Positions 8,917-17,655 of a DNA stretch of 24,832 nucleotides are shown here, piece after piece. Below the pieces are notes generated by a model. It was not told the origin of the DNA. It worked only from the letters and a program-made list of their open reading frames with translations, and made no database searches. The number at the start of each line of letters is the position of its first letter. Within the stretch, counting starts at the first letter, position 1. The DNA comes from Candidatus Margulisiibacteriota bacterium. GTDB lineage: Bacteria > Margulisbacteria > WOR-1 > O2-12-FULL-45-9. The stretch spans positions 1 to 24,832 of the forward strand of contig JAQTLJ010000001.1 of assembly GCA_028714935.1 (NCBI GenBank). The letters run 5' to 3'. A program made the position numbers and the translations under genes.

Positions 8917-10542
8917 ATGATCAGCATAGGCCCTAATCCATTTCAAATACGCTGGGGATCAATGACCGAAGCGCGGCCACATTTAGACGCCTTTACGGCC
9001 GGACGGCTGAAAAAATTGCTCTGCGACCCGCACTTTGACTCGACTAAACTCAACCTCACCCTGTCCCAAAGGATCGGCCGGGGGAAGTATTACGTTGATC
9101 TTGAGCTGTTACTCGGAGATAAACTCTCCAGCATAGAAGGCATCTCGAAAAGCAGACTGCGCTTGCTCTATTTCGAAAAAATGACCCCGATGATCCGGCA
9201 GATATATGAAGATCTGGTCAACAGCGGAAGGACAGAAGTTTACAAGCGCTTCTGGGCCGGCTGGCAGGGACAGCTCAATTTTGTCATCTGCCTGCGCTAT
9301 GTACTGGAGCAAAAATACGGCATTAAGATGCAGAGATCCCCGCGCACGATCGACCCACGGTTGTTTAAAAGAAATCAGGGCGATTTTCTCCGAGGTATAA
9401 TTGGCAAAGAAGATTGGACCGACTTTCTGGCAAAATCAAAACTGCATGGCGGTTTCGCCCGGACTTTTGTCAACTCCATCAGCAGCGCGATGAGAATGGC
9501 CTATCCCTGGGCGTTCAATTTCAATACGCCGGAAGGAGCACATCTGCATTTAGACGATTTCCGGACCAACGACCTCTGGCAGGATTCCCGCGGCCTGCAG
9601 GTCGCCTGGCGGATGGTCGACCATCGGGTCAGGAAACATTTAGGGATCATGATGGATGAAAGAACACAGACGTTTGACCCGCGCCTGCTCCGCGCAAATC
9701 AGGCGGAAATGCTGGCGTCGCTTGGCCAGGCCTGCTGGCGCGATGTTTTTATTGCCGAGGGGCTTGGCGGCTTGCTGGCCAGCGCACCTCAGTTCAATAA
9801 TAAAGTCGGCCAGGTGTTAAAATGGCGCTATCCCTGGGCATTTGACCGGAGCAAGCCGGAAGGCGAACATCTGCACGCCCACGATTTCGAAGAGAAAATG
9901 GTCTTTACTTCAGGAGAGGAACTCCGTGAAGCGCTGCTGCATGAAACCGACCAAGAAGGCTGGACTCTAAGAGAACTGCCTCAGCGCATCAACAAGGAAT
10001 GGCTCAAAGATCACGGCCTCGGCAGCATCAGCGAGGTCCCCAAGATCGAGATCTTCAGGCAAGCCTTCCCTATTGAATTCTCGTCCGGCTTTTTCACCGA
10101 AGCCGATTTCCGCAACCAGGGGACGATGCGCCGGCTTAAACCAAGCGCTTACCGGATGATAAAGCCTTCCAGAGTAAAGGAGACCACGTATGGCATTATT
10201 ATCGCCAATAAAACAGCATATTATTTTCCGGCGGAATACCTCGGCTGTGCCGCCAGACTAGAATCGGCGGAGCATGGCGTGGTCTATAAAATGAAAACAG
10301 TCGTGAGAAGCGGTAAAACCGGACGAAGCCTGGTGCCGATCAAAGCCTTCCGCCTGCCGCAAGACTCCCGGACTTACTGGAAGCCGGAATTGGTCGATTA
10401 TGACCCGGCGGAATTCCCGATCCTGTCGAAAAAAACCAGAGAGGGGTTAGTTGCGCTCGGCACCGCCCCGCAGGGGCTGACGATCTCCGAACAGCAACAG
10501 CTGCTTAAAGCAGGCCGTCCGCGATCATTCGCTCGGCAATAA
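8917..10542 (+). CDS. 541-aa hypothetical protein with about 109-aa internal repeats (DUF4046-like, tentative)
   Basis: Long ORF with duplicated motifs: DPRL..NQ, YPWAF (aa 196 and 305) and PEG.HLH..DF. A shorter third repeat follows. The start is uncertain (8917 or 8962). The 3' end overlaps asd by 38 bp. Confidence 0.7.
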   Translation: MISIGPNPFQIRWGSMTEARPHLDAFTAGRLKKLLCDPHFDSTKLNLTLSQRIGRGKYYVDLELLLGDKLSSIEGISKSRLRLLYFEKMTPMIRQIYEDLVNSGRTEVYKRFWAGWQGQLNFVICLRYVLEQKYGIKMQRSPRTIDPRLFKRNQGDFLRGIIGKEDWTDFLAKSKLHGGFARTFVNSISSAMRMAYPWAFNFNTPEGAHLHLDDFRTNDLWQDSRGLQVAWRMVDHRVRKHLGIMMDERTQTFDPRLLRANQAEMLASLGQACWRDVFIAEGLGGLLASAPQFNNKVGQVLKWRYPWAFDRSKPEGEHLHAHDFEEKMVFTSGEELREALLHETDQEGWTLRELPQRINKEWLKDHGLGSISEVPKIEIFRQAFPIEFSSGFFTEADFRNQGTMRRLKPSAYRMIKPSRVKETTYGIIIANKTAYYFPAEYLGCAARLESAEHGVVYKMKTVVRSGKTGRSLVPIKAFRLPQDSRTYWKPELVDYDPAEFPILSKKTREGLVALGTAPQGLTISEQQQLLKAGRPRSFARQ

Positions 10543-11527
10543 GGACAGCATTGAACGCCGCTCCGCGGCGCAGGTTATCGGAAACGATCCACATCTCCAG
10601 TCCGTTTTCCTGGGAAATATCTGCGCGGATCCGGCCGACAAAAGTTTCGTTCTTGCCAACGCAATCGATCGGGGTCGGATAAATTCCTCGCGACGGGTCA
10701 TCCAGCACTTTGACATCCGCGAAACTGCCCATCAACTTTCTGGCTTCGGCCACGGAGATCTTCTTTTTGGTCTTAATATTGACCGATTCCGAGTGGCCGA
10801 TGACGACCGGAACGCGGACCGTGGTCGCAGAGACCTGGATCGAGTCATCTTCAAATATCTTTCTGGTTTCATTGACCATCTTCATTTCTTCTTTGGTGTA
10901 GCCGTTGTCAGTGAATTGATCGATCTGGGGCACGACGTTGAAAGCGATCTGTTTAAAAATATATTTTGGCGCGATCCTGGCTTGCGGATCGGCCAGCAAG
11001 GCCCGGCTCTGGGTCAGCAGTTCTTCCACCGCTTCTTTGCCCCAGCCAGAGACGGACTGATAGGTAGAGACCACGATCCGTTCGATGCCAACCGCGTCAT
11101 AGATCGGCTTGAGCGCCAGAACCAGCTGCGCAGTCGAGCAATTAGGATTGGCGATTATCCCCTTATGTTTTTTCAGTGCGTGGCCGTTCACCTCCGGCAC
11201 GACGAGCGGGACACCCGGGTCCATCCGGAAATGGGAGGTATTATCGATGATGACACAGCCGCGCTTGACCGCTTCAGGCGCAAAGACGGCAGAGATCTTG
11301 GCGCCGGCGGAGAACAAGCCGATCTTTATCCCCTCAAACGACTCCGGTTTGGCTTCTTCGACGGTATACTCTTTTCCTTGGAAAGCAACTTTTGTGCCTG
11401 CGGTCCGCTCGGATGCCAGCGGCAAGAACCGATCGACCGGGAAGTTCCTTTGCTCCAGGACCTTGATCATTTCTTTGCCGACCATGCCGGTCGCGCCTAA
11501 AACACAAACATTATATTTATTTGCCAT
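10505..11527 (-). CDS. asd: Aspartate-semialdehyde dehydrogenase
   Basis: VLGATGMVG, IDNTSHFRMDP.VPLVVPEVN, IIANPNCST (catalytic Cys), RVPVVIGHSES, SDNLRRGAAFNAVLIAE. Confidence 0.97.
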   Translation of the reverse strand: MANKYNVCVLGATGMVGKEMIKVLEQRNFPVDRFLPLASERTAGTKVAFQGKEYTVEEAKPESFEGIKIGLFSAGAKISAVFAPEAVKRGCVIIDNTSHFRMDPGVPLVVPEVNGHALKKHKGIIANPNCSTAQLVLALKPIYDAVGIERIVVSTYQSVSGWGKEAVEELLTQSRALLADPQARIAPKYIFKQIAFNVVPQIDQFTDNGYTKEEMKMVNETRKIFEDDSIQVSATTVRVPVVIGHSESVNIKTKKKISVAEARKLMGSFADVKVLDDPSRGIYPTPIDCVGKNETFVGRIRADISQENGLEMWIVSDNLRRGAAFNAVLIAERMIADGLL

Positions 11528-11535
11528 GATGTAAA

Positions 11536-11558
11536 ATTATATCACATTATGCTATAAT
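11536..11558. promoter_or_regulatory. Back-to-back extended -10 promoters for asd and gmhA, both near-leaderless
   Basis: Minus strand TGaTATAAT (11544-11536) lies 8 nt before the asd ATG. Plus strand TGcTATAAT (11550-11558) lies 8 nt before the gmhA ATG. Neither gene has an SD. Confidence 0.7.
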
Positions 11559-11566
11559 GACAAAAT

Positions 11567-12139
11567 ATGCAGGACAAAATCATTGCCGAATTAAAAGAGA
11601 GCATCGAGGTCAAGAACCAGGTCATTAAAAAGATCTGCCCCCAGATCGAACAGGCGGCCAAAGCAATGACTGAAGCGCTAAAAAAAGGGAATAAAGTCCT
11701 GTTCTTCGGCAACGGCGGTTCAGCGGCAGACGCGCAACACCTGACCGCCGAACTGATCGGGCGCTATAAGAAAGACCGGCGTTCACTCCCGGCAGTCGCC
11801 CTTTCAACCGATACCTCGACTCTGACCTCTTTAGCTAATGATTATGGTTTTGAAACCATTTTCGCCAAACAGATCGAAGGCTTAGCCCAAAAAGGCGATA
11901 TTGCCTTTGGCATCTCCACTTCCGGCAACTCCAGGAATATCCTCGAGGGATTGGAAAAAGCCAGGGAACAAGGCTGTAAAACGATCGGTCTGCTGGGCTG
12001 TGACGGCGGCCGGATCGCCGAAGTGTCGGATATTGCCATTATCGTCCCCTGCAAATCGACCCCCCGGATCCAGGAAAGCCATATTACTATCGGCCATATC
12101 ATCTGCGGTCTGATAGAACAGGAGATCTTCCCGCAGTGA
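11567..12139 (+). CDS. gmhA: Sedoheptulose-7-phosphate isomerase
   Basis: GNGGSAADAQH, ALSTDTS.LTSLANDYG, GISTSGNS, TPRIQESH. Confidence 0.95.
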   Translation: MQDKIIAELKESIEVKNQVIKKICPQIEQAAKAMTEALKKGNKVLFFGNGGSAADAQHLTAELIGRYKKDRRSLPAVALSTDTSTLTSLANDYGFETIFAKQIEGLAQKGDIAFGISTSGNSRNILEGLEKAREQGCKTIGLLGCDGGRIAEVSDIAIIVPCKSTPRIQESHITIGHIICGLIEQEIFPQ

Positions 12140-12693
12140 ATAAGGCGGTTTTTCTCGATCGGGACGGCACCATCGTCGAAGACGTTGGCTACCTGAACAC
12201 TCCTGAACAGATCAAGTTCATCCCCGGTTCCATTGCCGCCATTAAAAAATTGAATGAAGCCGGTTATAAAGTCGTCGTCATCACCAATCAAGCCGGCGTC
12301 GCCCGCGGCCTGGTGACCGAAGACATGCTGCAGACGATCGACAAAACCCTCCACAAGTGGATACTGAACGGCGGCGCTCATCTTGACGGCTTATATTACT
12401 GCCCGCATCATCCCGAACACGGTGTTTATCCCTATAAGCAAGTCTGCGAATGCCGCAAGCCTCATCCGGGACTGATCAAACGGGCTGCTCGGGACCTTAA
12501 GATCGATCTGGCCCGCTCCTATATGGTCGGCGATAAAGCGACCGATATTGAGGCGGGAAAACGCGCGGAGATAAAAACTGTCTTCGTCATGTCCGGCCGC
12601 GGCCGGGAAGAAAAGCAAAACTTTAAAGAAAAACCCGACCATATTACCAACAACCTTCTGGAAGCCGTCGATTGGATATTATATAATACCTAG
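12136..12693 (+). CDS. gmhB: D,D-heptose 1,7-bisphosphate phosphatase (HAD family)
   Basis: FLDRDGT, VITNQAG, Zn site CPHHP...CECRKP, MVGDKATD. GTG start with a GTGA overlap. Confidence 0.93.
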   Translation: MNKAVFLDRDGTIVEDVGYLNTPEQIKFIPGSIAAIKKLNEAGYKVVVITNQAGVARGLVTEDMLQTIDKTLHKWILNGGAHLDGLYYCPHHPEHGVYPYKQVCECRKPHPGLIKRAARDLKIDLARSYMVGDKATDIEAGKRAEIKTVFVMSGRGREEKQNFKEKPDHITNNLLEAVDWILYNT

Positions 12694-12696
12694 GTT

Positions 12697-14148
12697 ATGG
12701 AAAGCCTGAAAAAACTGATCCCGCAATTGAAAGGCAAAAAGATACTCGTCTTCGGCGATCTGATGCTTGACGAACATATCTGGAGCAAGGTCACTCGCAT
12801 CTCGCCGGAAGCGCCGGTCCCGATCGCCGATGTCACCCAGATCGATCATGTCCCGGGCGGCTGCGGCAACGTGGCCGTAAACATCTCTGCCCTGGGGGGC
12901 ATCCCTTACCTCATCGGGATCATCGGACGGGACAGCTCGGGAGAAAAACTGCGCCGCGCTCTGGCCGCCGCCAAAGTTTCCGACCGCTATCTGATCATCA
13001 ACAAAGACCGGCCGACGATCTTAAAGTCCAGGATCATCGCCGCCTCCCAGCATGTGGTCAGGGTTGACCGGGAAGACCGGACCGACCTGCCGCCAAACAT
13101 CATGAAAGAAGTCCTCAGGACCATCGGGAATTTGATCTCTCAGGCCGATGGTGTAGTCATTTCTGATTATGGTAAAGGCCTGGTGACCAAAGAATCGGCT
13201 CAATTCGTCATTAACCGCGCTCGTAAGCTGAAAAAATTCGTCGCCATTGACCCCAAAGGTATTGATTACTCTAAATACAAAGGAGCCTCAATCCTTACCC
13301 CTAACCTGGCAGAAGCGTCGCTGGCTGCAAAGATAAAGATCATTGATGATAAAACTTTGATCCAGGCCGGCAAGCTCCTGCGCCAGCAAACCCGGGCGGC
13401 TTATTTTATGATCACCCGCGGCCGGGACGGGATGACGATCTTTACCAACAAAGAGATCGTCCACATCCCGGTCATCCCCCGCGAAGTTTTTGATATAACC
13501 GGCGCTGGAGATACCGTGATCGCTACCCTGACCCTGGCAGTGGCGGCTGGAGCCAGCGTCAAAAACGCCGCCATGCTGGCCAACACCGCCGCTTCGGTCG
13601 TGGTCGCGAAGATCGGCACCGCCCCCTGCTACCGCGAAGAGCTGGAAGAGGCGGTCGAAGACAATGAGCCGATCGTCAAAAAGATCAAGCTCCGCAAAGA
13701 GCTGGATGCGATCATTAAAAATCTGCGGAACCGTGACGCCAAGATCGTTTTTACCAACGGCTGTTTCGATCTCCTGCACCTGGGACACGTCAGATATCTG
13801 CGTGAGGCGAAAAAGCTGGGCGATATCCTGATCGTCGGCCTGAATAGCGATGATTCGGTCCGCGCCCTGAAGGGTGATGAGCGGCCGTATATTTCCGAGC
13901 TGGAAAGAGCGGAAATACTCGCTTCTCTCGAATGCGTCGATTATGTAACCATCTTTTCAGAACTTCGGCCCGATAATCTTATTAAGATCGTTAAGCCTGA
14001 CTTCCACGTTAAAGGCGGCGACTATAAGATCATCGAGCTGCCGGAGCGCAAAATGGTCGAGTCATTTGGCGGCAAGGTCGTCGTCATCCCGCCGATCAAA
14101 GGCCGTTCGACCACCAATATAGTCGAGAAAATATTAGGCAAGAAATGA
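12697..14148 (+). CDS. hldE: Bifunctional heptose-7-phosphate kinase / heptose-1-phosphate adenylyltransferase
   Basis: PfkB-type kinase domain (RISPEAPVP, DITGAGDTV) followed by a cytidylyltransferase-like domain (FTNGCFDLLHLGH, KGGDY, STTNIV). Confidence 0.95.
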   Translation: MESLKKLIPQLKGKKILVFGDLMLDEHIWSKVTRISPEAPVPIADVTQIDHVPGGCGNVAVNISALGGIPYLIGIIGRDSSGEKLRRALAAAKVSDRYLIINKDRPTILKSRIIAASQHVVRVDREDRTDLPPNIMKEVLRTIGNLISQADGVVISDYGKGLVTKESAQFVINRARKLKKFVAIDPKGIDYSKYKGASILTPNLAEASLAAKIKIIDDKTLIQAGKLLRQQTRAAYFMITRGRDGMTIFTNKEIVHIPVIPREVFDITGAGDTVIATLTLAVAAGASVKNAAMLANTAASVVVAKIGTAPCYREELEEAVEDNEPIVKKIKLRKELDAIIKNLRNRDAKIVFTNGCFDLLHLGHVRYLREAKKLGDILIVGLNSDDSVRALKGDERPYISELERAEILASLECVDYVTIFSELRPDNLIKIVKPDFHVKGGDYKIIELPERKMVESFGGKVVVIPPIKGRSTTNIVEKILGKK

Positions 14149-14753
14149 TAAAAAAAATACTACTCACATTTGTCATTGGCTATTTGTCATTTTCCCTTTA
14201 CCCCGCAGAAGCCTGGCGTATCACCCCGGAGCTGCAGAAAGAGCTTAACCAGAAACAGGCAGAGGCAAGGGCCAACCCCAACGACCCCCAGGCCCGTTTT
14301 GAGCTGGCTATGACCTACGCCTATACCAATCATTTGATCGACGGCATGATCTCCATTAAAAAGATCCATGAGATGGACCCCGGGTTCAAGAAAAAAGCAC
14401 TGGGCATTTATATTAACAAAGTCAATGAAAACCCCAATGACTGGCGGCTGCGCTTCCGGCTTGCTTTTGTTTATACCTTTAATGAGAAAAAAACTGATGC
14501 TATTCGGGAATTTTACACTGTCCTGAAGCTCGATCCCTATAATGTCTGGGCTTACGGTTATCTGGCCCTGCTCTACGGGGAAATAGGAGAAGTTGATAAA
14601 GCGATAGAATTGACCAAACAAGGATTAAAGATCGACAGCAATGTCGCGGCCCTTCACCTGCTCCTCTCCGAAGGCTATTATAAAAAGGGCGATTCCTGGG
14701 GCGGCTGGATGGAGAGAATGGAAGCGCTGCGTTTAAAAGCGCTGGGATATTAA
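14145..14753 (+). CDS. Exported TPR-repeat protein
   Basis: Signal peptide, then TPR-like helices (NPNDPQARFELA, DPYNVWAYGYLALLY, DSNVAALHLLL). Confidence 0.75.
   Translation: MIKKILLTFVIGYLSFSLYPAEAWRITPELQKELNQKQAEARANPNDPQARFELAMTYAYTNHLIDGMISIKKIHEMDPGFKKKALGIYINKVNENPNDWRLRFRLAFVYTFNEKKTDAIREFYTVLKLDPYNVWAYGYLALLYGEIGEVDKAIELTKQGLKIDSNVAALHLLLSEGYYKKGDSWGGWMERMEALRLKALGY
14167..14194. repeat. 7-bp tandem repeat matching the cyanobacterial STRR2 consensus TT(G/T)GTCA, within a signal-peptide coding region
   Basis: CATTTGT CATTGGC TATTTGT CATTTTC, which in another register reads TTTGTCA-TTGGCTA-TTTGTCA. It encodes FVIGYLSF. Confidence 0.65.
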
Positions 14754-14754
14754 G

Positions 14755-15774
14755 ATGAAGCTCTGGTCCCGGTTATTGTTACTGCTCTTTGCGGCCTTTA
14801 TCATCGGTATTTTTACCTGGGCGCTATTCGTCCCGAAAGATGATATTTCCCACCGGATCTACCAAACCCTTAAGGAACAGGAAAAACGCGCCGATCTGGT
14901 CTTTAAAGGCGTGATGTTTGAAGAGGTCGTTAACGGCGTCAAGTACTGGCAGCTCAAAGCTGACAGCGCGATCGTCAACAAAACGACCGGCCTTGCCACC
15001 TTGAGTGATGCCAAAGGAACGTTCTTTAAGCGCGGCAAACCGGTGCTCAGTTTCAAATCGCCTGCCGCCTTATGGGACATGAAGAAAAAGGAGATCTTTC
15101 TTGATAAGCCGCTCGGCTATGACGTTAATCTTGAAAGAAAAATCTCCGCCCTGATAATCGACCTGAAAAAATCAAATTTTTCGATCTTTAATCTCCCCAG
15201 GATCTATAAAAAAGGCTTCGGTTACTGGTTCCAGGCGAACAATTTAAGCTGGAAGCTTACCGACCAGAAGCTTCTTTGCACCGGCGGGATCGTCCTTAAT
15301 AAAGGCGAGGTAACTGGTTATGCCGAAAGACTGGAAGGCGATGTCGCCCTGGAGAAAATAATTCTGCAGGGCTCTCCCCGGATCATTATCGCGCCGAACA
15401 ATATCTCCCCGGCCACGCTGGAAGCGGAAAGTTTTGAGGTCGTCAGCGAAGAAAACATCATCTATGCCAAAGGCCAACCGGTGATCTTCTGGGAAGACGC
15501 CAAGATATCCTCAAATAATATTAAATATCTGCAAAAAGACGGCGCCTTGATCCTTAACGACAACGTTAAGATCGATTATAAGGATATCCAAGCCTGGGGC
15601 AACTCCGCCACTTACCAAACCGAAGCCGGCAACATTGTTATCGAAGGCGACGCGCAGGCCAATCAAGGCACCAATGCGTTAAGCGGAGAGAAAGTCAACG
15701 TTTCTTTGAAAAACAAGAAGATCTCTGTGCTGGGTAAAGGGAAAGTGGTCATTACCGAAGAGGAATTGAAATAA
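14755..15774 (+). CDS. lptC: Long LptC-family LPS-export protein with an added LptA/OstA-like beta-jellyroll region
   Basis: N-terminal TM anchor, the LptC-like KYWQLKADSA segment, and a C-terminal OstA-like segment (IQAWGNSATY, IVIEGDAQANQGTNALSGEKV). It lies in the heptose operon. Confidence 0.7.
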   Translation: MKLWSRLLLLLFAAFIIGIFTWALFVPKDDISHRIYQTLKEQEKRADLVFKGVMFEEVVNGVKYWQLKADSAIVNKTTGLATLSDAKGTFFKRGKPVLSFKSPAALWDMKKKEIFLDKPLGYDVNLERKISALIIDLKKSNFSIFNLPRIYKKGFGYWFQANNLSWKLTDQKLLCTGGIVLNKGEVTGYAERLEGDVALEKIILQGSPRIIIAPNNISPATLEAESFEVVSEENIIYAKGQPVIFWEDAKISSNNIKYLQKDGALILNDNVKIDYKDIQAWGNSATYQTEAGNIVIEGDAQANQGTNALSGEKVNVSLKNKKISVLGKGKVVITEEELK

Positions 15775-15776
15775 TC

Positions 15777-16754
15777 ATGGTGATGCAGCTTAAAGCTGAG
15801 CCCAAAGCCCAGGCGGTCATCATAGAAAAATCACCGCTGCTTGACCTTATCATCATCGGCGGCGGCCCGGCCGGATTGACCGCGGCGCTTTACGCGGTCA
15901 GGTCACGGCTCAAGGTCCTGCTGATCGAAAAAATGATCCTGGGCGGCGCGGCTTCCACGACTTTTTCCATTGAGAACTATCCGGGTTTCCCCGAAGGCAT
16001 TTCCGGCCTGGAGCTGGCCGAGCGCTTGCAGGACCAGGTCAGACGGCTCGGCCTGGATATTCTCTGGGGGAACGCGATCAGCGTCAAAAAGAACAAGCAG
16101 ACTTTCATGACACAAGTCGATGGCAACATCCTCTCTTCAAAAGCGGTCATAATTGCGACCGGCACAGAAGCGGCCAAGTTAGGGATCCCCGGTGAAGAGG
16201 AATTCCGCGGCCGGGGGGTTTCTTACTGCGCTACCTGTGACGGCCCTTTTTACAAAGAAAAAAGTGTTATGGTGATCGGGGGAGGCAATGCGGCGATCGA
16301 AGAGGCTCTTTTTCTCACCCGTTTCGCCGCCAAGATCGCCATTGTGCACCGCCGCAAGGAGCTGCGGGCGGATAAGATACTGGCGGAGCGGGCCATGTCC
16401 AATCCCAAGATCTACTTTTTCTGGCATTCGGTAGCGGAAGAGATCAAAGGCAAGGAAAAGATCGAAGAAGTGACCGTCAAAGATCTGGCCAGCGAAAAGA
16501 AGCTTAAAGTCCCGGTCGACGGGGTATTTATCTATATCGGGAGCAAACCGAATTCCGAACCGGTAAAAGGGCTGGTTAAAATGGACCAAAAGGGTTTTAT
16601 CCTTACCGACGACAATATGAAAACTTCAGTCAACGGAATATTCGCCGCCGGTGATATCCGGGCTAAAACGCTGCGGCAGATAGTCACGGCCGCGGCCGAT
16701 GGGGCGGTCGCCGCCGAATCAGTTAAAAACTATCTTGAGGAGGTCAGCAAATAA
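15777..16754 (+). CDS. trxB: Thioredoxin-disulfide reductase
   Basis: IIGGGPAGLTA, IENYPGF, GRGVSYCATCDG, VIGGGNAAIEEA, GIFAAGD. Confidence 0.96.
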   Translation: MVMQLKAEPKAQAVIIEKSPLLDLIIIGGGPAGLTAALYAVRSRLKVLLIEKMILGGAASTTFSIENYPGFPEGISGLELAERLQDQVRRLGLDILWGNAISVKKNKQTFMTQVDGNILSSKAVIIATGTEAAKLGIPGEEEFRGRGVSYCATCDGPFYKEKSVMVIGGGNAAIEEALFLTRFAAKIAIVHRRKELRADKILAERAMSNPKIYFFWHSVAEEIKGKEKIEEVTVKDLASEKKLKVPVDGVFIYIGSKPNSEPVKGLVKMDQKGFILTDDNMKTSVNGIFAAGDIRAKTLRQIVTAAADGAVAAESVKNYLEEVSK

Positions 16755-17632
16755 TGCCTGCTATTGGGATCGTCCAGGTCATCATGCCGATCATTATTAT
16801 CCCTTTAGCCGGTTTTGTGCTGGGAAAATTTAAAAAAGTTAACATCAAGACGCTGGCTGATTATATTATTTATCTTGCCAGCCCTGCCCTGGTGCTGGCT
16901 CAGCTCTCCATGCAGCCGATAAACTTGCGGGAAATCTCGCTGATCGCCCTGGCTGTTGCCTTCGTTATTCTCGGGACCGGAGCGGTCGTTTATTTATTTT
17001 TTAAAACCATTAAACTCCAGGTTCCGGCCGGTTACTATCTGCCGATCATGTTCATGAATTCCGGTTTCCTCGGTTATCCTTTGGCCCTGTTCGCTTTTGG
17101 CGCCGACGGCCTCAGCAAAGCAATAATATACGATATTGCCAACGCCCTTCTGCTCTTCACCCTGGGGATATTTATCGTCAGCCAGGGTAAAGACCGCTGG
17201 CAGGCGTTAAAACTGCCCTTTATTTACGCGGCGCTTTTGGGCTTCATCCTTTCTCTTCTTGGCATCAAGCTGCCCCCTTATCTTTATTCGCCGCTTTATC
17301 TTATCGGCGGGACCGCGATCCCGCTGGCCCTCATTATGCTCGGCTGCCGGCTGGCAGAGCTTAAGATCACTTCCTGGAAACTGCCGCTCTTGGCCTCAGT
17401 CCTGCGCCTCGGCCTTGGCCTTGGTCTTGGTCTTTTGGCTGTTTTCATTTTCCGGCTGGAAGGCCTGACGGCCAAGATCGTGATCCTAAGTTCTGCGTTA
17501 GCTTCAGCTGTCACCGCGGCGCCGCTGGCGGAAGAATACGATTCTGGCCCTGACCTGGTCGCTTCCACCATCGCGCTAAGCACGATCTTATGCATTATTT
17601 CTGTCATGCTGGTCTTAAAGTTGACAATTTAA
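16754..17632 (+). CDS. AEC (auxin efflux carrier)-family membrane transporter
   Basis: Very hydrophobic, with YLASPALV, FMNSGFLGYPL, GTAIPLALIMLG and LAEEYDSGPDLVASTI. TAATG overlap with trxB. Confidence 0.88.
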   Translation: MPAIGIVQVIMPIIIIPLAGFVLGKFKKVNIKTLADYIIYLASPALVLAQLSMQPINLREISLIALAVAFVILGTGAVVYLFFKTIKLQVPAGYYLPIMFMNSGFLGYPLALFAFGADGLSKAIIYDIANALLLFTLGIFIVSQGKDRWQALKLPFIYAALLGFILSLLGIKLPPYLYSPLYLIGGTAIPLALIMLGCRLAELKITSWKLPLLASVLRLGLGLGLGLLAVFIFRLEGLTAKIVILSSALASAVTAAPLAEEYDSGPDLVASTIALSTILCIISVMLVLKLTI

Positions 17633-17648
17633 GGAAAAGGGGTATACT
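17621..17648 (+). promoter_or_regulatory. Sigma70 promoter giving a probable leaderless mRNA
   Basis: TTGACA (17621-17626)-N16-TATACT (17643-17648), 7 nt before ATG 17656. The -35 box lies in the last AEC codons. Confidence 0.65.
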
Positions 17649-17655
17649 AAAAAAG

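Noticed and set aside
8917-10542. Transposase or homing endonuclease
   Set aside because: I see no DDE, HNH, LAGLIDADG or GIY-YIG motif, and no terminal inverted repeats or target duplication.
17411-17434. GGCCTT/GGTCTT x4 hexamer repeat
   Set aside because: It is an in-frame Gly-Leu run in a TM helix of the AEC transporter and is explained by the protein sequence.
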